NCBI GenBank assembly: GCA_028023455.1
Contig: JAQFVV010000003.1
Location: 13,702,001-13,766,000 of the forward strand
Length of the DNA: 64,000 nt
Direction: 5' to 3'
DNA from: Epiperipatus broadwayi
Taxonomy: Eukaryota > Animalia > Onychophora
Under the pieces are notes generated by a model. That model did no database searches and was not told the DNA's origin. It saw nothing but the letters and a program-made list of their open reading frames with translations. Made by a program: the position numbers and the translations under genes. Of the stretch, positions 13,413 through 23,480 are shown piece by piece. Each line of letters begins with the position of its first letter. Position 1 is the first letter of the stretch.

Positions 13413-13674
13413 TTTTAAAGATCTCAATGGTTCCTCTGATCTGACATTTTTGGAAAATGTCACATCTTAATAGTATTCTTGTTTTAGAAAAATCAATACT
13501 ATGATCTGTATCTATAATATGAAGAGATAATGCTGCTGGTGTTGAGTGTTTTTTAATTGCCTTAATATGTTTATCTCTTCTAGCATTGATGCGACGATTA
13601 CTCATGCTTATATAGAAAGTTTTACAAATGTTACATGGATTTTCATAAACTATGTAACATTTATAAAGCTTCAT
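13413..13674 (-). pseudogene. Penelope GIY-YIG endonuclease fragment
   Basis: IVYENPCNICKTFYISMSNRRINARRDKH...AALSLHIIDTDHSIDFSKTRIL...RGTIEI matches the PLE pattern VYxIPCxxCxxxYIGxTxRxLxxRxxEH...SALxxH...H..F....E.I. It continues as ECINKRDGTCKLPSI beyond the MITE. Confidence 0.85.
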
Positions 13675-13778
13675 ATATAGGCATGAGTAATTGGCATATC
13701 AATACTAGAAGAGATGAAAATATTAATGCAGTTAAAAACTGCTCATCATCAGCAGCATTATCTCTTCATGTTATAAAT

Positions 13779-14553
13779 CAGTGGTCTTCAACCTTTTCAC
13801 ATGGACCGGAGTAAGGATAAGATTTCATGAACCAGTAGAAGTCTACAGATAAATTTTCTTAAAGATGTAAACTGCTTAGCCTTAGATGAGCATAATTGTT
13901 ATAACTGACCAAAACAACACACTAGTTACTGTGTATTGTAATGGTGTTGCTTATCTTCACATGCTGAACACTCTTTCTCAAGTTGTGCAGTCATACTGCT
14001 ACAGAAAACAGTACAATAACAATCATTCTCATTAATGTGTCTGCATTGCTACATTTATTATTTCATTGTTAAAACATGCAAGAAAAAAATGTTATTCACC
14101 TGAATGTTGGGAAATATCATAACTAGCATAATTACATGACAATGATTATGATAAATGTAATATATATATTTAATGTTAAATATACAAGATGAAGTTATGT
14201 ATATATGGCTGTATTTTTATATTGGACTAGTTTGTATAATAAAAAACTTTTTTTAAAATTTTTTTTAGAAAAATAATAAAAAATTTAATTCTACCCCCCA
14301 ATAAACATCTGTGATAACTAGAAAAACAAATTAATTTATGTATGATTGACTAGATTTTGTTTTTGTTCTGTTTCTTTTTTTTTTTAATCGGGTAAAAATG
14401 AGATGAAAAAATAAATAAAAATTGTTTATATTAATTAAAAGTTTAAAATCTTATTATTTTGTTATTACAAACTTTCCTGCCAGTCTAGTGTAACCGGCAG
14501 AAAACTTCTGCGGCCTAGCGCCAGTCCGCAGACCAAGGGTTGAAGATCAACTG
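13779..14553. mobile_element. hAT-type MITE (775 bp)
   Basis: TIRs CAGTGGTCTTCAACC and GGTTGAAGATCAACTG. 8-bp TSD TTATAAAT/CTATAAAT. Splits the Penelope GIY-YIG sequence. Confidence 0.85.
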
Positions 14554-15558
14554 CTATAAATACAGATCATAGTACTGATTTTTCTAATATGAGAATACTA
14601 CCCAGATGTGATACTCTAACAATGTCAGATTAGAGAAGCCATTGAAATCTTTAAAAGGCCAGAATGTATCAACAAATGTGATGATATATACAAATTACCT
14701 TCTATTTAAATTTTTTTTTAAAAAAGTCATTAATCTAAAATGATTTCTCATAATTATTATTTATATTAAGAGAATGTTCATTATTGTTATATGCGTTTAC
14801 AGTCCCTCTACAATTATTTTATATTTATTATCCAGTTGCTGACCAATATGACCTAGTTGAAACATCACTTTATATATATATTAATAAATTATACACGGAC
14901 GGATGTACCTGGATATTTCATATAAATAAATACTTAATAAAGAGACAGGCAGTAAATGTAAAAATCATGGAATTATGGTAAGATTAGTCTTTGAAAGTGT
15001 TAGTTGACAAAAACTACGAAGGCAGTCGAAAGTGCTCCTAAGTGGATAAAAGTTTTTTAAAGTTGTACTTTACATATATTTGGTTACTACAAGATTACAT
15101 ATATAACTTTGAAGAAATGCAGATATCGAATAATATCATTATACATATATATATATATATATATATTATAACGGCATCTGGGTAATTCCTTTAGAATGCA
15201 CGAGGACTTACATGCTGTTGTTAATGGGTATTAGAAAAAACGAGATTGAGTATATTTAGAATAAATGTCCTAATAAACTAAGAAGATCAGACTGGATCTC
15301 AGTTAATTTTATTTATTCTCAACAGTAATATCAGCCATATTTTGTGACTATCATTTCCATAAAATAGGTTCAATCAAAGAAAGGATTCATCCCCAGTCAG
15401 TATAAACATTCTTTATTTATAAAAGGTCTGTCATATTGCAGATTAAGTTGCCACTGAGTTCAAACCCTTCACTACCTTTTTGACAATAGACTCTTTGTTC
15501 AATCATAACTGGATAAAGTGAAAATGGCAATACTTCACAGAGTAATCACTTTTGCTGA

Positions 15559-15684
15559 TACAGTTAGTATCAATAATTATCTCCAATCAATATTATATAT
15601 AAATAAAACTAACATTACTTCTACAGTTAGTATCAATAATTATCTCCAATCAATATTATATATAAATAAAACTAACATTACTTC
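15559..15684. repeat. 63-bp tandem duplication inside the 3' LTR of B
   Basis: TACAGTTAGTATCAATAATTATCTCCAATCAATATTATATATAAATAAAACTAACATTACTTC occurs twice (15559, 15622). It accounts for the repeated ORF 15518-15706. Confidence 0.9.
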
Positions 15685-15817
15685 TATTACATACATAACG
15701 ATATGAGAACGGACTAGAGATTACTACTAAATTAATAAATCAAATTTATTTTATTATTACAATGAGATTAGCCCTGAATATTTACATAATAAGTATGCAA
15801 TATAATATTTCAACTCA

Positions 15818-15818
15818 T

Positions 15819-15859
<41 letters not shown>

Positions 15860-15872
15860 AATAATAATAATA
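15818..15872. repeat. (ATC)n/(ATA)n microsatellite
   Basis: Run of ATC repeats followed by ATA repeats. A (TA)n run also lies at about 15145-15166. Confidence 0.9.
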
Positions 15873-17829
15873 AAAACCCATTAAAACAAAAGTAATGATA
15901 CACATTTGTAAAATATAGATGGATATAATTTAGTATTGACAGAAATATACTATCCTTTGATTCTAGTGGAATCTAATATTTTATATTTATTTTTCGTACA
16001 ATAATTTATTTTAGACCTACTAATAAAATGGAATAACAAAGTCTTAATTATTTTGTGATTAGTTTCCTTCGGGGTTCTTATTTTGAGCTCATGTATTGGA
16101 GACTTGATTTCATGCATGACTTTAAATTTATGAAATCGTTCAGTTCAGCTGGTTTCTGGGTTAATATTAATTCATGAGGATATTAGAAAATATATGGTTA
16201 TGATGATTCTTGATTTCATGTAGCTTCAGCTGTTCAGTTTGGTTGTGTTCCTGGACTACCTTCGGTTCATACACTTTGGAAGATTTAATGGCTACTCTCT
16301 TATTTTTCTGGTTTTACACACACATTTACCATATTAGTCTTTGGTAAATGGTTGTCAGGATAACAGCAAATATCCTTCAAAAGTAAAGGGCTTATTTTCA
16401 GATTCTTGTTACATTTCAGGGCCGATTAATATATTTCTCTTTACAACTTGATCACTGTCATGGATGGATCAGAATAAACACACACTGGAGACTTAGCCAA
16501 CTATGATAAAGATAATTACAGGATATTAACATTTTTTCCAGTAAATGTATCAGCATTATGTCTGTATGTTTCAGCCTTTGGCAAATTTATATCGGTATAC
16601 TAATTTTCCAGACTTCGCTGAATGTTTTCGCCCCGACTTAAAAAAAAAAGATGGCAAAGACAAGTAAAAGAATACTTTATACAAATTTTTTTTTAGTTAT
16701 TTTATACTTTTTTTCTCCTTACTGATTTTTGTAAAGTATTTTCTAATCAGACATCTATTTGGCACATACATTTTTGGCTTATCTGGGTTTATTTTCTTAC
16801 TTTATTTAATTAGTTTTATTTCCTTAATTACCATGATAATTACATTTTAGTCATTAATCCCATCATCTAAAATTTATATAGTTAATCAAATTTTAACAGA
16901 GTGTCAAGATATTCAGTAAATTCTTATATATATTTTCTATTTCCTTAATTAAATAAATCTGTATTTCCTGCTTCAAATTCATTTTATGTCTTTACTTTTA
17001 CCTTGACCAATTTTATTTCTTTATGCTTTTTAAAATTTGTCATACTCAGTCACCATTATTAAATTATTTGCTGCTGCTGGACTTACAAACTATGCTCATT
17101 TAAATTAAATAAATACTATTTGTTTATAATGAAAAAATGAAACAAAACAATAACAAATTAATATGGTTCTTCATTTTAAAGAATTGACTGGTACATAACA
17201 ATTAGACAGCAACTCATAATTCTGAGATAAAGAATCCAATCACTGGGAAATGAGTTTACAACACATCATGAACATTAAGAGGATTCTAGCATTATAAGCA
17301 ACTTACTATCATTCATATAAAATAATAACACCGTGCAAATTGCTACCTTGTGTTAAATTCTGAGGCTTACAGTTTAGAGGCTCATGTTACAGGACCAATT
17401 TAACTGTTCATGTTCATGAATAGTAACCACAAAACTATGCATTGTTCTTTCAAGGTCTAGAGGCTAATAAAAGTAAAACATAAAAGTTAGGTTTACTAAC
17501 TTTTGAGACTTGAGAAAATATAAAATGGGTGGGTGCAGTGCTGAAATAGAAATACACCATAAAATTTCATGAAAACATTGCATTTTCAAATCAATGACAG
17601 AATCTTTCATCCATCATCAGTACTAAAAACATATCTTTCAAATCTCAACAATTAAAAACTCCCCCCCATCTCTGCAAAAATCTTTTTTCTATTGCATTTT
17701 TATTATTACCCCTTTTTATATTTATATCAGGAGGATAACTACACACCATTTTAAGTGACTGAGGTTCAGTCAGATCAATGATAGTATTGATTTTTATCTT
17801 ACACATGATCCAATTCTGGTTCATCATGA

Positions 17830-18560
17830 CTCTTATCTTATCAGAACTGTCAGTAGATCTCCTTTGTTTATATCTCCATGTTAACCAGTATACCATAGTT
17901 ATGTGATTCATTTTCTCTTTTATATATTTCCTTTAGTTGGTGTCTAAATCTCCTTTCCTTACCACCCTTTGCAGTTTACTGCTGTTGAATACATTTAAGA
18001 GTTGCTCCAGTTTTCCTGCCCATTCCAATAAGCATTTGCTGTATATAATTTGGAAAATTATGCCTCATTGTGATCATGATTTGATTTTTGGATACTGGGT
18101 TAGCTGTCAAAGTCTTTAGCTTTTCCACATGTCTTCTAAAAAATAGTAGTTACTCTTCTCTAGGTCAGCATTTTTCTTGTGATAAGGTGTTTAACCCATC
18201 CAGATTGCTCCAGTAATATTTTAATATAGCCTGTTTAAATTCATAAAGCTCTGAGGCTGCCTACCAGGCTTGGGATGCACATTGTAGGTATCTTATGTTA
18301 TGGCTATTTTTGCTTCCCCTGCTAAATAATTCATGCTGAAGTAGCTCTCTAAACTGCTGAGATACTTTATAGAAACTTCATCTACTTGCCCTGAAAACAT
18401 CTTTATCTTTAAAAACTGATTAACTATAATAGAATTGTTGTGGAGGGTGTGTGTGATCAAGTTAACCCTTTCTAGCTCTACTTCATGTAAAACTCTATTA
18501 ATAATTTTTTTCTCTGTTGTTAAGACATCCATATATTATTTTTGATTGGCTTCTATTCTC
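17830..18560 (-). pseudogene. Degenerate Ty3/gypsy gag (capsid domain) of element B
   Basis: Joined frames give IKMFSGQVDEVSIKYLSSLESYF...KIAI-RYLQCASQAW*AASELYEFKQAILKYYWS and YFLEDMWKKLKTLTANPVSKNQIMITMRHNFPNYIQQML. This is the retrotransposon-gag pattern FSG..LE.YF..A..W..FK..YWS..YF..L.P..FP. Confidence 0.8.
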
Positions 18561-18705
18561 TGGAATGTCTTATCATCTCTAGCTATATTTTATTACCTGA
18601 TTTAGAACAATAAATTATTCCCTGCATGAATTATATTTTCCAGGGATTATTAAATTGATCACATTAACTATATCAAGAATAAATGGATAATAGTTATTTT
18701 ATCAA

Positions 18706-18723
18706 GTCCCAAGTTGGGCGTAA
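18706..18723 (-). promoter_or_regulatory. Primer-binding site, tRNA-Lys(CTT) type
   Basis: TTACGCCCAACTTGGGAC, 2 nt after the LTR end, matches TGGCGCCCAACGTGGGGC at 14 of 18 positions. Confidence 0.7.
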
Positions 18724-20411
18724 AATGTTATGGCATCCAGGTAACTCCTTTATCCACATTTATTAAATTGTACAAGGACTTACACCCATGGGTTAATGGG
18801 TATTAGGAACAATCATGCTGAGTATATTTAGACTGAACATGTTAACAAACTATAATGATCAGAATGTGTCTCAGGATTACTTATTCTCAATACTAACACC
18901 AGTTATATTTCCTGACTATCATTCCAAAAAATAGGTTCATTAAAGAGAGGGTTGATTTCTTGACACAATAGAACTTTAGAACATTTATAGGATGGTTCAA
19001 TTCCCTTCCTCATTTTTTTTGCATATGTCTCTACACTCATCCACAGCTGATTTGAGTGAACATGCAATACTACACAGGGTAATTAATCTCTCTGTTGATA
19101 CAGCTAGCATGAATAATCATTTATTTTCAATCAAAAATATAAAAATCTAACATCTATCTCTGTATTGCAGTTACACAAATATTGATGTAAGAACAAAGAT
19201 TTAGAAACTAATTATTAATAAATCAAATGTATTTTACTATCATAATCAGATTAGTCCCATATACTTATATAATATTTATACAATATAATACTTCAACCCT
19301 TGACATAATAAAAAAAAATAATTAAAAATGTACAAAAATATTGACTGATGCACATTTATGAAATATAGAAGAAAAAATATTAAATATCCTATCATTGGAT
19401 TTTAATACTTTAGGTATATTTTATTTTAGGCTTACTAATAAAATGGAATAATAAAGTCTTATCCATTTTTAATTATTTTGTGATCACATTTTGTGTCCTT
19501 TGGGATTCTTCAAGTGCATGTATTTGTAGACTTGATTTCACATAGTTTTAAATTTATAAAATCGTTCAGCCAGCAGGTTTTCAGGTGAACTTTAATTCAA
19601 GAGGATATTAGAATATGTGTGTGATTATGATGTAGCTTCAAATAATTATTCAGTTTGATCAGCTTTCTAGTCTATCTTTGGAACATTGGGTTGGAATGAT
19701 TTAAAATACTGTTCCAATGTTAATTGGTCAGATATCCAATATTATTCTCTTATTTTTCTGGTTTTACACACACATATATTTATCATATTATTTTAACAGA
19801 ATAGCCTTTGGTAAATGTATGTCAGATCAATAACAAATATCTTTCAAAAGTGATGGGCTTACTTTCAGATTCTTCTAATATAATAGGACAGACTTGGGAC
19901 ATTCTCTTTACAAGTTGATCACTACATCATTGAACCAGTCAGAACAAACACACATTGGAGACTTAGCCCATGATGACAAAGATATTTATAAAAGAGATAT
20001 TTATCATCTTCATGGATATATTACCATTCCTTGGTGGCTAATATATTAACATTATGTCTACGTTTCAACTTTTGGCAACTTCACATCAGCATACCAGTTT
20101 CTTCAGACTTCATTGGTATTTTTGTTCCTGACTTTAAAAAAAGATGGCAAAGACAAGCAAGAGAAAACCCTATCAATTGATTTTGAACTCATTTATACTT
20201 TTTCTTGTCACTGATTTTTGAAAGATATTTTTTTTTAATCCAACATGTCTGGTATATACATTTTTGGTTTATTTAAGATTTTTTCTTACTTTATTTAATT
20301 AATTTTATTTCCTTAATTACATTGTAATTACACTTCCATATTTATCAATCCTATTATCTAAAATTTAGACAATTCATCAAATTTTAATGAAACATCAAAT
20401 TATCCTGTCAA

Positions 20412-20483
20412 GCATTGGTGGCCTAATGGTTAGCATAGCTGTCTTCCAAGCAGCTGGCCCAGGTTTGTTTCCCGGTCAACGCA
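20412..20483 (+). tRNA. tRNA-Gly(TCC)-derived retrocopy / short SINE (probable pseudogene)
   Basis: GCATTGGTGGCCTAATGGTTAGCATAGCTGTCTTCCAAGCAGCTGGCCCAGGTTTGTTTCCCGGTCAACGCA closely follows metazoan tRNA-Gly(TCC), with a damaged T-arm. Leader TGTCAA, trailer TTTGACATATGG, A-run, TSD ATCAAA(T/G)TATCC. Absent from the sister LTR. Confidence 0.85.
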
Positions 20484-21059
20484 TTTGACATATGGAAAAA
20501 AAAAATCAAAGTATCCATGACTACTTAATTCCCTCCCCCCCTTTTTTAAATATATATACTCTATTTATTTAATTAAATAAATTTGTATTCCCTCTTTTAA
20601 ATTTATTTCATTTTAGAAATTTTTATTTAATTTAATTTAACTAAAATAAAATGGTACTTACATATTAATCCTGCTATGTAAAAGAGATGGTATACCTTTT
20701 CATATTCATGATAAATATCTAACTTTGCGATCCTGTCAAATAAACCCTGCAATCTCATCCAATAACATCATAAATTTACACACTTTCATGTATTGTTCAG
20801 GTTTTGTTTGGACAAGTTCTTCTCAAAGAATTTTTTTACTTCAGTGCTGATTTATTTTTTCCAATTTTCTGATTAATACTACAATTTTTTTATTTTTTTT
20901 TAAAACAGTACAAAATGTTGAACATTTGGAGTTTACCCACTAATGAGATCAATGCGATCAAATACATCCGCACTTCGGACAAGCAATAGTATTGTAATGT
21001 TTGAGGATATAATAATAAAATAGGCCTTCATAAGGAAACATGGTTGAAAGGTTCCAGAA

Positions 21060-21480
21060 TTCCATTTTTGATGGCATTCTAATTTATTTACAGCTGGGCT
21101 CACAAATTAACATCCATAGAATGGGGGAAAACAGAGCTTGGTTTAGCAGAGAAAAACGTAAAATTGGAGGCCCTAACAAAATCACTGAAATTGATGAGAG
21201 CCTTTTGCACAAAAAGAAAAAAAAACAAGCTGGATGAATTCTTCTGGAACAAAGAGATCAATGAGCACTTCATCATGAATATATTCATGGTAGAATAGTG
21301 GCAACTCTGATAGAAGCCATCAAACAAAATGTGGAAGACGAATTGATAATTTATTTGGAATGTTGGAAAGCCTATATAAAACTTCTGAATTAAGAGCTGC
21401 TGGTAACTGATCATTTTCGTATGAATCATACTGGAAGACATAAAAAAAAATTAGTCCAATACACTGAAGAAATAATGAAA
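21060..21480 (+). pseudogene. Merlin / IS1595-like (ISXO2 domain) transposase fragment
   Basis: KRKIGGPNKITEIDESLLHKKK...TLIEAIKQNV...IYLECWKAY...HF.MNH matches the Merlin pattern IGG.G..VEIDES...TL...I...I.SD.W..Y..H..VNH. Confidence 0.8.
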
Positions 21481-21916
21481 GTATAGTAATTTAAATTTTT
21501 TGGTTTTTTTTTTAAAAAAATATTATTAATATTTCTGATGAAGATCCTGTGCAGGCATTATATTGCACAATCATGTATTAAGTAAGTCTCCATTTTGGGA
21601 AAATAAAAATTTTTTACTTTTAGTCTCCATTTTAAAACAAAATTTTATCCACTTAAAATAAAATAGAACAGACGAATTGATTGTTTCATCATGACAATTC
21701 CTGTTATATATTACACGGTAAGTACTATATATGTACATTTTAACTCTTTTGTAATTTAGTAATTGTTTTGTCCATATTTAAATTAATATTTGGGAATTGC
21801 ATAAAACTTTTTCAGATTTATTTTTGTGTGAAATTCATATTTTTAGTATTGTTAGAAATTATTATTTTTAGTGTTATTAGATTTAGTCTGGTGCAATTAC
21901 TGTCACATATTAGAAT

Positions 21917-22116
21917 TGCTATGCCTTTTCACATATGTATTCAAGCCGCCGATAACTTTGTAAATCTTGCAAAAATATTGTATACACGTGGTTTGGTCCA
22001 TTTTGACAAATTTATCATTTTTAGTTTGTACAAGATCCAAGTGTATATGTTATTTGGTCATATCACAAGATTAAAAAGTTATCAGCGGATTGATACGAAT
22101 GTGAAAAGGCATGGCA
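21917..22116. mobile_element. MITE-like element with ~50-bp terminal inverted repeats
   Basis: ATGCCTTTTCACAT...GCCGCCGATAACTTTGTAAATCTTG is mirrored by CAAGATTAAAAAGTTATCAGCGG...ATGTGAAAAGGCAT. The GCCTTTTCACAT terminus is Harbinger-like, but the family is uncertain. Confidence 0.6.
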
Positions 22117-22699
22117 GGTCTAATACATAAGTACCAATAAAATTTATCTATCAATTATAAAAAGAAATCAATACTACAAAATCTTCCTTGGCTTTTTTCT
22201 TTTTCCTTTCTTTCTTTTTTTTATACATACATATCTTTAAAATAAAAATTCATTATAATATTACAATACCAGCCAAAAAAATTAACTTCACTAAAATTCT
22301 TCCACAACCATGATTTCATCTATTAACAAATAGATGAAACCATGGTTGTGTTATATGAATTTTTATTTTATTGATTATTGCCAGTACAGTGTTAGGCAGT
22401 ATTCAATACAGATATTTATATTTGTGGCCAACTTTATTGCATGTTATTATATATGTATATAATCAAATGGTTAGTTTCTTGAACAGTCATGCATTAAGTA
22501 CCAGAAGTGACAGATTAAAGTTCTATATAAAATCTTTTAATCATCAAGTCCAACATTTTAGCACTGCACTAAACCATACAGAAAACATTAATGATGATTT
22601 AACATTAAAAAATTAATAGATAAAGAATTCCTTATATGAGGTATGCATAAAATAGGGTAAGTAAAACTGGAAAATTTGTTCTGTATTAGTGTAACTGTC

Positions 22700-23480
22700 A
22701 TTTATATAATTTATAATACAAAAGAACTCAGGAGTTTTAATAGAAAAGATCTTCTCCAAAACTAGTATGGTAAGTTATGTACTCTTATAGTTCATAATTC
22801 AGAGGTTGAATATTATTTACATCAACTAAAATCTTTTTTCACAATGAACTCAGTACAAAGTGCAATGTTGTAATATGAAAAAAGTAAAGTTGAGTATATG
22901 TTTAGAAGTTGAAACTTCCAATGAAGAAAGTTCTGTGATAATATTATATTTATAACAAAGATCATTCATGACTGTAATAACATTTTTAAAAAACACAAGT
23001 TCATCTTCTTTGAAGAAGTAGTCTTTAAAATCCTCATGCTGGCTGAAGAAACAAATTTTACTACCATGTTACAGTTTCATTAATTTTGAATCTAAAATTT
23101 CTTGGATAAATCTAAATCATGAAAAAAGTCATTCAGATCTCATTGCTTAAAATTAATAGATTGAACAATTTGATTTTGAAAATTTAGCATTTCAAGAAAC
23201 TGCTTTTACTGCTCATATTAATTGGGGCATTCTCCCTAAACTCTTTGCTTTTGAAGCAATCCCTTTTGTACTAATAAAGCAGAAATAACATTCTACTGTG
23301 TAATTTTTGGATTCCTTCCAAATTATTGAAATAGGAAATAACATCAGTTAACTCTCCTATTGCATGGTTACTCACTCATTTTACATCTGAAATTATTAAA
23401 GTTGATAGCATTTTTTTTCAAATTTTTTGTGTCAAGTTATATTACCAGTGTTTAAATGTTATCAAAAAGAATAGAGATGA
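22700..23480 (-). pseudogene. DNA transposon transposase remnant, Sola3-like (family label tentative)
   Basis: Frameshifted PISIIWKESKNYTVECYFCFISTKG, DLNDF.HDLDLSK and KICFFSQHEDFKDYFFKEDELVF correspond to the known motif series P.VWREP.NH..DCYFC, ELNDLVRDL.LSK and ISFYR.RE..F..YF...D.LVFC. Confidence 0.7.

Larger units (their letters stand above)
12830..15110. mobile_element. Penelope-like element 3' portion as an inverted pair (minus arm about 12830-13680; plus arm 13681-15110)
   Basis: A GIY-YIG endonuclease-like segment is present in both orientations. The plus arm continues across a MITE (13779-14553) and ends in a pLTR with a decayed hammerhead at 15000-15041. Confidence 0.85.
15167..20870 (-). 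mobile_element. Non-autonomous gypsy-like LTR retroelement B (LTR-PBS-gag-PPT-LTR, no pol detected)
   Basis: Diverged direct repeats, clearly alignable at 15167-17000 vs 18726-20610, ending on the minus strand GATGCCGTTATA and GATGCCATAACA. PBS follows the upstream copy, then gag, then a G-rich tract at 17661-17673. The outer end of the 5' LTR is uncertain. Confidence 0.75.

Noticed and set aside
20412-20483. Functional tRNA-Gly gene
   Set aside because: T-loop and B-box are mutated (GGTTTGTTTCC), and the A-tail, TSD and empty site indicate a retrocopy.
15167-20610. Duplicated segments first read as tandem endogenous viral or host gene copies
   Set aside because: The PBS, gag and purine tract between them explain them as an LTR pair. 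Translations have many stops and no recognisable motif.
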